Origin: an uncultured Acidobacteriota bacterium
GTDB lineage: Bacteria; Acidobacteriota; Vicinamibacteria; Vicinamibacterales; UBA8438
Direction of reading: 5' to 3'
Assembly: GCA_913043225.1 (NCBI GenBank)
Contig: CAJWLU010000003.1
Span: forward strand, 41,143-105,142
DNA: 64,000 bases
Position numbers and translations under genes: made by a program. Positions 28,571 to 37,662 of the stretch are shown piece by piece. The notes under the pieces were generated by a model. The model searched no databases, was not told where the DNA came from, and saw nothing but the letters and a program-made list of their open reading frames with translations. How positions within the stretch are numbered: position 1 is the first letter of the stretch; each line of letters begins with the position of its first letter.

Positions 28571-29779
28571 ATGTCTGATCAAGTTACTTCCGCTCCCCGC
28601 CCGCTCGACGGTATCCGTGTCGTCGATCTCAGCCGTGTCGTCTCCGGTCCGTACTGCACCATGCAGCTCGCCGACATGGGGGCCGAGGTCATCAAGATCG
28701 AGGAGCCGGGGCGGGGAGACGAATCGCGCGCCTTCGGCCCCCCGTTTCATGGCGGTGAGTCGCCCTACTACCTGTCGGTGAATCGTAACAAGCGGAGCTG
28801 CACCCTGAATCTCAAGAGCGAGGCGGGGCGCGAGGTGCTCTGGCGTCTGCTCGATCAGGCGGATGTGGTGATCGAGAACTTCCGGCCGGGCGCCGTGGCC
28901 AGGCTGGGGTTCGACTATGCGACGGTGTCCGCACGCTGTCCGCGGCTGATCTACTGTTCTATCTCCGGGTTTGGCGACAGCGGACCCGACGCCACCCGCC
29001 CCGGGTACGACCTGGTGGTACAGGGCGAGTCGGGATTGATGGATCTCACCGGCGAGGAAGGCGGACCGCCTACGCGGATCGGCACCTCGATCTGCGACCT
29101 GACGGCCGGCGTCATGGCCACCCAGGGCATCCTGCTTGCACTCTATGCCCGCCACACCACGGGGCGCGGTCAGCAGGTGAAGGTGGCCATGCTCGACGCC
29201 ATGGCCTCGTTCCTCACCTACACCGCCGGCATCTACTTCGCGTCCGGTGAGGTGACGACCCGTCGGGGCAACGACCATCCTTTCGTGGTGCCGTACCAAA
29301 CGCTCCGCGCGAAAGACGGCTGGATGAACCTCGGGATCGCGAACGACTCGCTGTGGCGGCGCTACTGTGACGCTATCGAGCGGCCCGATCTCCGGGATGA
29401 TCCCCGCTTCGCGTTGGCACCGGATCGAGTGAAGCACCGCGACGTGCTCGTCCCGATCATCGTGGAGCTGTCGGCCAGCCGGACGGTGAAGGAATGGGTG
29501 CAGCTGCTGGGCGAGGCCGGTGTTCCCTGTGGAGCGATCCGGAACGTGGGGGAAGTTTGCGAGCACCCGCAGCTTCTGGAGCGAGGTAAGGTCGTCGACG
29601 TTCCGCATCCCACTGCGGGCACGGTCAAGCTGATGGGGATGCCGATCGAGCTGAGCGACACGCCGGGGCGTATCGAAGCCCACCCGCCACTTCTTGGCGA
29701 GCACACCGAGGAGGTGCTCGAGCAGGCCGGCTACTCTGACGTCGAGATCGCCACCCTTCGAGCTGGCGGGATCGTCTAG
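28571..29779 (+). CDS. CaiB/BaiF family III CoA-transferase (formyl-CoA transferase-like)
   Basis: RPLDGIRVVDLSRVVSGP, NRNKRS, ENFRPG, SISGFG, PGYD, catalytic Asp in ICDLTAG, and PPLLGEHT. Confidence 0.93.
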   Translation: MSDQVTSAPRPLDGIRVVDLSRVVSGPYCTMQLADMGAEVIKIEEPGRGDESRAFGPPFHGGESPYYLSVNRNKRSCTLNLKSEAGREVLWRLLDQADVVIENFRPGAVARLGFDYATVSARCPRLIYCSISGFGDSGPDATRPGYDLVVQGESGLMDLTGEEGGPPTRIGTSICDLTAGVMATQGILLALYARHTTGRGQQVKVAMLDAMASFLTYTAGIYFASGEVTTRRGNDHPFVVPYQTLRAKDGWMNLGIANDSLWRRYCDAIERPDLRDDPRFALAPDRVKHRDVLVPIIVELSASRTVKEWVQLLGEAGVPCGAIRNVGEVCEHPQLLERGKVVDVPHPTAGTVKLMGMPIELSDTPGRIEAHPPLLGEHTEEVLEQAGYSDVEIATLRAGGIV

Positions 29780-30092
29780 AACGTGCTCCCGGCGATTCGT
29801 CCGTCCGGACGGTGTTTCGACCGCTGTTACAGCCACCCCGGCTGCGCCCTTGGCCGCGCGTGACCAGACGAACGACTTGCCGGTCTTGCTCAATCCCCAC
29901 ACCCCGAATCGCCACGCGCGCCTCCAGCCGGCCGACACCTGTGGGCGTCTAGCAGCCAGAGGAAGGGACGGCGTCTGTGCGGTCACGGTCGGTGGGAGGA
30001 GCACGCCGCCGGCAGGCGCGAAGACCAGGCGCGCTCGAATACGCATAGGGGTGTTGTCCGGCACCTAAGGGTTGGCGCGTATAATCGGGCCG

Positions 30093-31013
30093 ATGCGTGG
30101 ACATGCGGCAGCCGCCCTAACCGCGGTCCTGCTTGCTACCGGGGTGCCCCTGCACGCCCAGACGTCCGAGGTGCCCCGTTCCTCGTGGGGAACTCCGGAC
30201 CTGAGTGGCTACTGGGAGTACCGCACCACGACGCCGCTACAGCGGCCAACCGAGTTCGGCGACAGGGCGGTTCTGACGCCGGAGGAAGTCGCCGCGTATC
30301 TACCCCGGCGGCTGGCCGATATCGGTCACGAACGGGATCTACAGCTCAACGCTGATTGGTGGCAACCAGGCGACCTCACCGACGGTCGCACGTCGCTCAT
30401 CATCGACCCACCGGACGGACGCCTGCCCGAGCGCTCGGAGGCTGCGCTCGAACGGGCGCGGACACTGGGTCTCGCGTCGAGGTTGCGGCCTGCGGACGGT
30501 CCCGAGGACCGCGAACGCTACGAACGTTGCATCATGGGGCGGACGGTTCCGCTGCTCGCTGTGCCGCCTCCGCGACTGGTTCAGTTCTTCCAGAACGAGG
30601 ACCACCTGATCATCCTGCACGAGCAGAAATCGGACATCCGGATCATCCCGATTGACGGTCCAACGGCGATCGCCGATGTGATTCGTCTGTGGTCTGGCCG
30701 ATCGCGCGGTCATTGGGAGGGGGACACCCTGGTGGTGGAGACCACCCATCTCAACGGTGCCTGGACGGTCAACGGGACGAGCGCTGACATGCACGTGGAA
30801 GAGCGCTTTACCCGGACGGCGGAGGGCATAGATTTTGGCTTCACGATCACCGACCCTACGTCGTTCGCCGCGCAGTGGTCGGTGGAGTTCCCGATCGCGC
30901 CTGGTAACGGGCCGCTCTTCGAGAACGCTTGTCACGAAGGGAACTACAGCATGCCGCTCATCCTGAGCGGAGCCAGGGCGGAAGAACGACGTGCGGCTGC
31001 CGGTAGCCGGTAG
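30093..31013 (+). CDS. Secreted EYACHE-family hypothetical protein (divergent)
   Basis: ATG 30093 lies 7 nt after TATAAT; signal ending LHAQ; WGTPDLSGYW, TPLQRP, TSLIIDPPDGR, ERC, SRGHWEGDTLVVET and ENACHEGNY. Confidence 0.85.
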   Translation: MRGHAAAALTAVLLATGVPLHAQTSEVPRSSWGTPDLSGYWEYRTTTPLQRPTEFGDRAVLTPEEVAAYLPRRLADIGHERDLQLNADWWQPGDLTDGRTSLIIDPPDGRLPERSEAALERARTLGLASRLRPADGPEDRERYERCIMGRTVPLLAVPPPRLVQFFQNEDHLIILHEQKSDIRIIPIDGPTAIADVIRLWSGRSRGHWEGDTLVVETTHLNGAWTVNGTSADMHVEERFTRTAEGIDFGFTITDPTSFAAQWSVEFPIAPGNGPLFENACHEGNYSMPLILSGARAEERRAAAGSR

Positions 31014-31112
31014 AAGTCGGACTGGCTACCTTACCGGGCACGTGGTCATGCGTTTCGGGAACTAGATGCCTGGGGCAGAGCAGCAAGCGACATCATCGTT
31101 GCGGAGGTTTCC

Positions 31113-32141
31113 ATGACTCGACACACCCCACTTGTCATTCTCGTCTGGACGCTCGCTTCCACGATGGCTGCCACGGTGGTGGCACAGGAGTACGAACCTT
31201 CTCGTACCGGAGACGGCAAGCCCGACCTGCAGGGAGTCTGGGACTTTCGCACGTTGACGCCTCTCGAGCGGCCCGAGAGCCGGGGCGATCAGGCGGTGCT
31301 GACGCCAGAGGAAGTGGCCGAGTTCGACGCTCAGTCGGTCGAGCGTGAGCGGGCGGCGTATGCACCGAGCGAGGTACGGGACGAGCCGCTCCCGGTGGGT
31401 GGCAACGTCGGTGCCTATAACAGCTACTGGGTGGATCAGGGGGCCTCGGTTGTCGACGGTGCTCGGACGTCGCTCATTGTCGACCCACCCGACGGGCGGT
31501 TACCCGCGCTGGCGCCAAGGGTCGAGATGGTGACACTGTCACTCGGTGAGGACCTTCCCGGCGAGCACCCGATCCGGGTCCGAGCGGCCGGGATCGGCGC
31601 CGACCACTGGGAGGATCGCGGGCTGGCTGAGCGCTGCCTGCTCGGGTTCAACTCCGGTCCGCCGATTGTGCCCGCCGGCTACAACCAGAACATCCAGATC
31701 TTCCAGACCCCGGACCACGTCGTGATCCTGAACGAGATGGTGCATGACGCGCGTATCGTTCCGCTCGACGGGCGTGACCATCTGCCCGAGGAGATCACCC
31801 AGTGGCTGGGAGACTCGCGGGGCTACTGGGATGGTGACGTGCTGGTCGTGGAGTCACAGAACTTCAGCGATAAGACCGCGAGCTTCAACCCGTCGGTCGC
31901 CCACTCGGTCGGAAGCGGCACCACCCTGCGGCTGACTGAGCGGTTCAGTCGCGCTGGCGACGATACGTTGCTCTACGAATACACGGTGACCGACCCCGCG
32001 ACGTTCACCGCACCTTTCACCGTTTTGCTTCCGATGAAAAAGGGCGATGTGATGTACGAGTACGCCTGCCACGAAGGCAACTACGGCCTCCCGAATATGC
32101 TGTCCGGCGCCCGGGCACTGGAGTTGGCCCGTAGCCGGTGA
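31113..32141 (+). CDS. Secreted EYACHE-family hypothetical protein
   Basis: GGAGG RBS; signal ending VVAQ; GKPDLQGVW, TPLERP, TSLIVDPPDGR, ERC, EMVHDARI and EYACHEGNY. Confidence 0.88.
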   Translation: MTRHTPLVILVWTLASTMAATVVAQEYEPSRTGDGKPDLQGVWDFRTLTPLERPESRGDQAVLTPEEVAEFDAQSVERERAAYAPSEVRDEPLPVGGNVGAYNSYWVDQGASVVDGARTSLIVDPPDGRLPALAPRVEMVTLSLGEDLPGEHPIRVRAAGIGADHWEDRGLAERCLLGFNSGPPIVPAGYNQNIQIFQTPDHVVILNEMVHDARIVPLDGRDHLPEEITQWLGDSRGYWDGDVLVVESQNFSDKTASFNPSVAHSVGSGTTLRLTERFSRAGDDTLLYEYTVTDPATFTAPFTVLLPMKKGDVMYEYACHEGNYGLPNMLSGARALELARSR

Positions 32142-32184
32142 AGGCCCGCCCGTGCAGAACGTGCGCGTTCCGGGAGCGCAGCGG

Positions 32185-33063
32185 CTAGTCCAGCTCGTTG
32201 TAGATCTTGGTCGTGTTCATCTCGGCGCTGGTCAGCGAGCCACGACTCATTGCGTAGTTGGCGTACCGAGCCGGAAGGTTGAGGTTCTCGGCCGCATCAG
32301 CGGCGGTGCGACCGGCTGCCTTCTCGCGCTGCACGGCGGCGAGGAAGTCGCGGTTGAACTCGCCGAACTCTCGGAAGTCGGCCCAGGTCATGACCGGGCT
32401 GTGGCCGGGGATGACCATGTCGATCCCACTGATGCCGTCGGCGGCCGCCAGCAGCGTTTCGGGATAGCTCACACCGCTGCCACCGTTGTTCACGTCGATG
32501 TAGGGCACACCCTTCCATGCGAACAGGTCGCCGGTGTGGGCTACGCCCAGAGAACGGAAGACGACGATCGTGTCGCCGTTCGTATGGCCATGCCCGAAGT
32601 GGTAGAGGTCGATCGCCTCGTCACCATCGAGCAGCGTCATCCGGTCGGTGTACGTCTCGCCCGGAAGATACCCGCGTCCGCTGGCCGACTGGAAGGCGTC
32701 CATCCTCTCCATGTTGGCTTTTGTATTGGCGTGCGCCACCACGTTGACGCCGGCGTCAAAGTCGATGTTGCTTCCGACGTGGTCGCCGTGGGTATGGGTG
32801 TTGATGATGATCGACACTGGCTTGTCGGTAACCGTCCGCACCTGGGCGAGGATGGCGTCGCCCCAGCCGGGGTTCTTCGTATCGACCAGCACGACCCCAT
32901 CGTCGGTCACGTAAGCTGCGGTGTTTCCGCCGCCGCCGGTGATCACATAGAGGTTGTCCTTGACGTTCGCGATCTCGGCCACGTTGGTCTGTGCGACCGG
33001 CCTGCTCATGGTTGCCACCACGCCCACGGCGATCAGCAGACCAAGTACGGCAGTGCGTCTCAT
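32185..33063 (-). CDS. Exported MBL-fold metallo-hydrolase (cyclase-like)
   Basis: THTHGDH, GHTNGD, GDLF and IPGH; start reassigned to ATG 33063; signal ending PVAQ. Confidence 0.9.
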   Translation of the reverse strand: MRRTAVLGLLIAVGVVATMSRPVAQTNVAEIANVKDNLYVITGGGGNTAAYVTDDGVVLVDTKNPGWGDAILAQVRTVTDKPVSIIINTHTHGDHVGSNIDFDAGVNVVAHANTKANMERMDAFQSASGRGYLPGETYTDRMTLLDGDEAIDLYHFGHGHTNGDTIVVFRSLGVAHTGDLFAWKGVPYIDVNNGGSGVSYPETLLAAADGISGIDMVIPGHSPVMTWADFREFGEFNRDFLAAVQREKAAGRTAADAAENLNLPARYANYAMSRGSLTSAEMNTTKIYNELD

Positions 33064-33128
33064 GACGGGTCCCCTTCCTTGCGATAGTTCGAACGCCACA
33101 ATATATGCCTGTCCGGTGAAGCTCTCGT

Positions 33129-34388
33129 TTAGCCAGGCTGGTAAGTGGTGAGATGATGGTCGAGCACCATCTGCTCGGTCAACTGGGTGCCGAATCCGGG
33201 TCCTGCGGGGGCGATCACCTCGCCGTTCTCCACCGGGCACGACATGGCGTCAAGGAGCGGGCCGGGCGGGAAGCTCTCGGCCATGGTGCAGCTGGGTGAG
33301 GTGAGCGCAATCGGGAAACCCCAGCAGCTAGCGCCGCGATGCGGGATGAGCTCGAGACCGGCCGCCTCCACCAGGCGTGAAATGCGCCGACCCGCCGTCG
33401 TGCCTCCGCACCAGGTGATGTCTGGCTGCAGCACCTCGGCTGAGCGCAGCCGAGTCAGCACCTCAAACCCGTGCTCTGTGTACTCGTGCTCGCCGCACGC
33501 AATCTTGGTCCAGCCGGGACCGCCGCCTCCTATTCGTCGAACCAGCTCGGCGTAGCCGAAGACGTCGTCCGGCGAGAGCAGCTCCTCCATGAAGTAGAGG
33601 TTGGCCGGCCTTAGCCGCTCGGCCACTGGCAACGCCCACTCAACGGTGCCGTTCCTGGAGACACAGTCGGTCATGAGGTTGCCGTCGGGTCCGAGCTCGT
33701 CTCGCGCCGCCAGTACAACGTCGATGGCTCGATCTAGATCCGCGGCGGAGGTGTGCGGCCCCACCGGCAGGGAGCGTTTGAAGTTACGGATCCCTGCGGC
33801 TTTGCCCTGTGCGATGTCGCCGCCGGTCTGGTAGATCGGGATCCGGTCGCGCGTGGTACCCCCGAGGAGCTCGTAGACCGGCTGGCCGGTATGCTTGCCG
33901 GCAATGTCCCACAGCGCGTTGTCGACCGCGCTGAGCGCCATGGCGAACACCCCGCGGCGTCCATAGAGGACGGCCGAGGTATACATCTGGTCCCAGAGTT
34001 GCTCGACGTTCAGCGGGTTGGCCCCGAGGACCAGGTACTTCAGGTGCCCGTCGATGATCTCCACCGCCGCCGATCCGCCGGCCCCCATCCCGAAGCCCGT
34101 GATGCCCTGGTCGGTCTTGATGACTGCGATGATGGCCGAGGGCAGTTGCTCAAAGGGGCCTCCCCAACGCCAGCGACGTGGGTCGTCGTCGCCGTCGAAG
34201 GTGGGCGGGTCGAGGAGGCCTTCGGAACGCCGGTTGATGTAGATCGGGTAGGCATCGACCGCGTCGACCCGGATCGACGGCGACTGGGCGGCGAAGAGCT
34301 CACGGCCAGAACCGCCGGCGGCCGCCAGAGCGGCCAGGCCTGCACTCTGGCGAAGGAAGCGGCGACGGCTGGGCAGAGACGTGGTCAT
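33129..34388 (-). CDS. Mandelate racemase/enolase superfamily enzyme, L-rhamnonate dehydratase-like, with Tat signal
   Basis: SRRRFLRQ; SAVDNALWD..GQPVYELLGG; metal ligands MTD, MEE and GEHE; LQPDITWCGG; IPH. Confidence 0.88.
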   Translation of the reverse strand: MTTSLPSRRRFLRQSAGLAALAAAGGSGRELFAAQSPSIRVDAVDAYPIYINRRSEGLLDPPTFDGDDDPRRWRWGGPFEQLPSAIIAVIKTDQGITGFGMGAGGSAAVEIIDGHLKYLVLGANPLNVEQLWDQMYTSAVLYGRRGVFAMALSAVDNALWDIAGKHTGQPVYELLGGTTRDRIPIYQTGGDIAQGKAAGIRNFKRSLPVGPHTSAADLDRAIDVVLAARDELGPDGNLMTDCVSRNGTVEWALPVAERLRPANLYFMEELLSPDDVFGYAELVRRIGGGGPGWTKIACGEHEYTEHGFEVLTRLRSAEVLQPDITWCGGTTAGRRISRLVEAAGLELIPHRGASCWGFPIALTSPSCTMAESFPPGPLLDAMSCPVENGEVIAPAGPGFGTQLTEQMVLDHHLTTYQPG

Positions 34389-35893
34389 CGACTAGCCGGC
34401 ACCGCCTCCATGAGATGCGCCAGGGCGGCGCGCAGGGCGCGGCCGCCGGCCCGCTGCCCCGCGTAGTGGCCTTGGCGAACGACTACCAGGTCGTGTGAAG
34501 GGATGATGAGCGTGGTCTGGCCGCCGGCGCCAGACATGTAGTACGCGTCGCGTGGCACCGGGAACGTGCCCGTGCCATTGATCCAGAAGAATCCGCCGTA
34601 GATCGGCCGGCCGTCAGCTTCCCACGCCGGCGCCAGCGTGCTCACAAACTCGGCGTAGCCCTCCGGCAGAATCCGTTCGCCGTTCCACATCCCGTCCTGT
34701 AGATACAGGTTGCCGAGCCGAGCCCAGTCACGGGCCGGCGCCAGCTCGTAGCCCTGCAGCAGATAATTGCCATGCGGATCGGTCTCGAGCACGAACCCGC
34801 GGGCGCCGATCCTGTCGAACAGCTCGCGCTGCGGAAAAGACAGATACTCGTCGCTGCGTCCTTCCACACCGAGACGGACGAGATAGTTGATGAGCACCGG
34901 ATCCGAGTTGCGATAGCGGCCGATGATGTTGGGCGGCCACTGCTGCGGTCGCGTCGCGGCCCACTCGAACGAGTTGACGGTGCCTGTGTAGACGTACAGG
35001 TGGTCCGGGTAGCCGAGCGTGGGGTCCAAGTCGGGGTCGGCCACGCCCTGGAACCTAAGGCCGCTCGACATTCGGAGGATGTCGGCGATCCGGATCTCCT
35101 GCCGCGGGTCACCCGGCTCCTGCCACTCGGGGATCGGCGCCGGCTGGTAGAGCTCGTAGGTCCCCTGCTGGATCAGCACGCCCATCAGCGTTGCGGTCAG
35201 ACTCTTGCCCATCGACCAGCTCTCGAGTGGCGTGTGCATGGTGATGCCGTCGCCGTAGCGTTCCCCGATGATGCGCCCTTTGTGGGTGACGACCAGTGCC
35301 GCCGTCATCCCGGCCGGGTCGAATCCCGCGTCGAGCGCTTGGGCCAGGCGGTCCTGGTCGATCTCGGCCGGGAGGGGCGTTTCAGGGAGCATGTCGCCCA
35401 GAGGCCACGGCTGCGTGGATGGATCGGGGAGGGTGCTGGTGATCTCGACCGGCTCAAAAAAGACGTCGTCCTCGCCGATCGGTAACGCCACACAGCCGTG
35501 GTCGCCGTTGAACTTTGCGGTTCGCACCACGCCGTCCGGCAGCGACAGGCTGATCTGTCGCAGGTCGTGGTCAACCTCGATGGCGGTCACGTGACGCCGC
35601 TGTTCGTAGGGCGCGCTGAAGAACCCGACGTTCTCGGCCGCGAACTCCGGGTCGAGTCCAGTGACGAACACCGCCGAGCAAAGCGTCTTTGCGAATCCCG
35701 CCGTGTGATGCCAGATCGGGTCGCCCGGCGGCGCCTCGTACTCGGTGTCGAGCTCGACCGCCGCGGCACGCGCCAGCAGGGCGTCACGTCCGCTTTGTGC
35801 TTCCGCCTCATTCGTTGAGGGCGAGGTCAGCGTCAGCATGGCGACCACAACACCCATGACGGCAACGCCGCCCGCTCGGATGGATCTGGACAT
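34385..35893 (-). CDS. Exported serine hydrolase, class C beta-lactamase/6-aminohexanoate-dimer hydrolase-like
   Basis: SxxK (WSMGKS), ILRMSSGL, YRN, RDWARLGNLYLQDG and GAGGQ; signal peptide; GGAGAG RBS. Confidence 0.9.
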   Translation of the reverse strand: MSRSIRAGGVAVMGVVVAMLTLTSPSTNEAEAQSGRDALLARAAAVELDTEYEAPPGDPIWHHTAGFAKTLCSAVFVTGLDPEFAAENVGFFSAPYEQRRHVTAIEVDHDLRQISLSLPDGVVRTAKFNGDHGCVALPIGEDDVFFEPVEITSTLPDPSTQPWPLGDMLPETPLPAEIDQDRLAQALDAGFDPAGMTAALVVTHKGRIIGERYGDGITMHTPLESWSMGKSLTATLMGVLIQQGTYELYQPAPIPEWQEPGDPRQEIRIADILRMSSGLRFQGVADPDLDPTLGYPDHLYVYTGTVNSFEWAATRPQQWPPNIIGRYRNSDPVLINYLVRLGVEGRSDEYLSFPQRELFDRIGARGFVLETDPHGNYLLQGYELAPARDWARLGNLYLQDGMWNGERILPEGYAEFVSTLAPAWEADGRPIYGGFFWINGTGTFPVPRDAYYMSGAGGQTTLIIPSHDLVVVRQGHYAGQRAGGRALRAALAHLMEAVPASR

Positions 35894-35959
35894 GGTCTCT
35901 CCTTGGCTTGCAATCGAAGCCTAGCACGGGCGACATCGGTTGACTTCCCCGGTCTTCTC

Positions 35960-37471
35960 ATGTCTCCTGTCTCCTGGCTTCTGTCTACTGACGGACCCTC
36001 CTCCTTGCTGTTCACAGACCCCACTTTTCTCCTGCGTTTCCTCCCACTGTCGCTTGCCGCGTTCTTTCTGGCGCTGGCGGTGACGCCGCGGTCGTGGCGC
36101 GTATCGGGGCGGCGATTTACCTTCGCCAATCTGGTGTTGCTGACCAGTGGCCTCTGGTTCTTGTTGGTCGGAGCCGGCGTCTACGCGCCATGGCTGGTGG
36201 GGCTGGTGGTGGGGAACTACGTGGCTGGGTTGAGCATCGACCGTCTCCGCCAGCGTGCCGAGGCAACCGGCGCCTCGACTCCGTTGCCAGAGGCGATGTT
36301 GACACTCGCGCTGACCGCCAACCTCGTCATGCTACTGGTCAGCAAGTACGCGCTGGCGTTACCAGAGCCTGTGGGTGCCACGGGGTTTGCGATGCCCCAA
36401 CTCCTGGCGCCACTCGGCATGCTGGTGGTCGTATGCCAGGCCACCTCCTACGTCGTGGACGTGTTCCGCGGCGAGTTTCCGGCGCAGCGCAGTCCGATCC
36501 GGGCCGGCGTCTACATGCTGTGTTTTCCGTTGCTCTGCGCAGGGCCGCTCGTCCGGTACGGTGAGTTGGGGCGTCAGCTGGCCGATCGACGTGTCACCCT
36601 GGCCGGTTTCTCGTACGGCGTGAGGAGATGGCTTGTCGGCTACTGCAAGGTGGCACTCTTTGCGCGGATTCTCGGTGAGCCTGTCGACCTGATGTTCGGC
36701 TTGGGTGCCAGCGAGCTCGGTGTCGGAACGGCGTGGCTCGGGGCCGTCTTCTTCACCCTGCAGATCTATCTGGATCTTTCCGGGTACGCCGACATGGCCA
36801 TCGGCTTCGGCCGCATGTACGGGTTCCGGGTGGGCGAGCACTTCCGGTGGCCCTACGGGGCCGATTCGCTCACCGAGTTCTGGCGCCGCTGGCAGGTGAC
36901 ACTGGGCGACTGGTGCGCGGCCTACCTCCGCGTGTCGCTCGATCCTGAGTCCGAGCGGTCACGTTGGCTGGACGTCCGATCGGTACTCCTGCTGTTTCTG
37001 GCGCTGGCCTTGTGGCACGGACCGGGGTGGACCGTGGCGCTCTGGGCGGGGCTGCACGGGCTTCTGGTCGTGGTCGAGCGGCATTGGTTGAGTGCTTGGC
37101 TCACGCGGCTGCCCGTGTCGGTGCGCCGGGTTTACCTGCTGCTGACATTGGCCGTGCTTTGGGTGCTGTTCCGGGCTCCGTCGCTCGATGGTGCCGGAAT
37201 CGTGCTGCGGGCGATGCTGGGGCTGGGAGCCGCCGGGAAACCGATCGCGTTCGAGCTCGAGCTGTTCGAATGGGTCGCCATCGCTTTGGCGGCCCTGTCG
37301 ACCGTGCCCGTATGGCCCAGCTTCAGTCGCTGGCTGGTGGCGGTGGATGCGCTCACCACTTCCACCATCATCCTGCTGTCGGCCAGTTTCCTCTATTTGT
37401 GGCGTAGCCTCGTACGCGGTTTGTGGTTTGCCACCGGTCGCTCCGAGCGTCATGACGAGCCTGAGAAGTAG
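35960..37471 (+). CDS. Second, divergent MBOAT O-acyltransferase (AlgI-like)
   Basis: APLG..QATSYVVD, FPLLCAGPLVR, QIYLDLSGYADMAIG, FWRRWQ and ALWHGPGW. The start may be TTG 36005 (MLFTDPTFL). Confidence 0.85.
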   Translation: MSPVSWLLSTDGPSSLLFTDPTFLLRFLPLSLAAFFLALAVTPRSWRVSGRRFTFANLVLLTSGLWFLLVGAGVYAPWLVGLVVGNYVAGLSIDRLRQRAEATGASTPLPEAMLTLALTANLVMLLVSKYALALPEPVGATGFAMPQLLAPLGMLVVVCQATSYVVDVFRGEFPAQRSPIRAGVYMLCFPLLCAGPLVRYGELGRQLADRRVTLAGFSYGVRRWLVGYCKVALFARILGEPVDLMFGLGASELGVGTAWLGAVFFTLQIYLDLSGYADMAIGFGRMYGFRVGEHFRWPYGADSLTEFWRRWQVTLGDWCAAYLRVSLDPESERSRWLDVRSVLLLFLALALWHGPGWTVALWAGLHGLLVVVERHWLSAWLTRLPVSVRRVYLLLTLAVLWVLFRAPSLDGAGIVLRAMLGLGAAGKPIAFELELFEWVAIALAALSTVPVWPSFSRWLVAVDALTTSTIILLSASFLYLWRSLVRGLWFATGRSERHDEPEK

Positions 37472-37662
37472 CGGCCGGGCATAGCGCCGAACACCGAGCG
37501 GAACATCGCGACGAACGCATTGGAACTGTCATAGCCAACGTGGAGCGCCACCGATGTGCCGTCGGGCAGCAGCACTAGCGATCGATGTAGTCGGACCTGA
37601 CTGCGCCACGGTTGAAACGACAGCCCGTTCTCGGCGAGAAAGCGTGCGAGGTGTGAATTGGC
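37450..37662 (-). pseudogene. C-terminal remnant of an AraC-family regulator (not in the ORF track)
   Basis: Manual translation gives ANSHLARFLAENGLSFQPWRSQVRLHRSLVLLPDGTSVALHVGYDSSNAFVAMFRSVFGAMPGRYFSGSS*. There is no start codon or N-terminal domain. Confidence 0.8.

Noticed and set aside
28448-30064. Long antisense or alternative-frame ORFs (for example 28448-30064, 6410-8035, 62447-63625, 21705-22694)
   Set aside because: They are Arg/Pro/Ala-rich shadows of well-supported genes, expected at this GC content, and carry no motifs.
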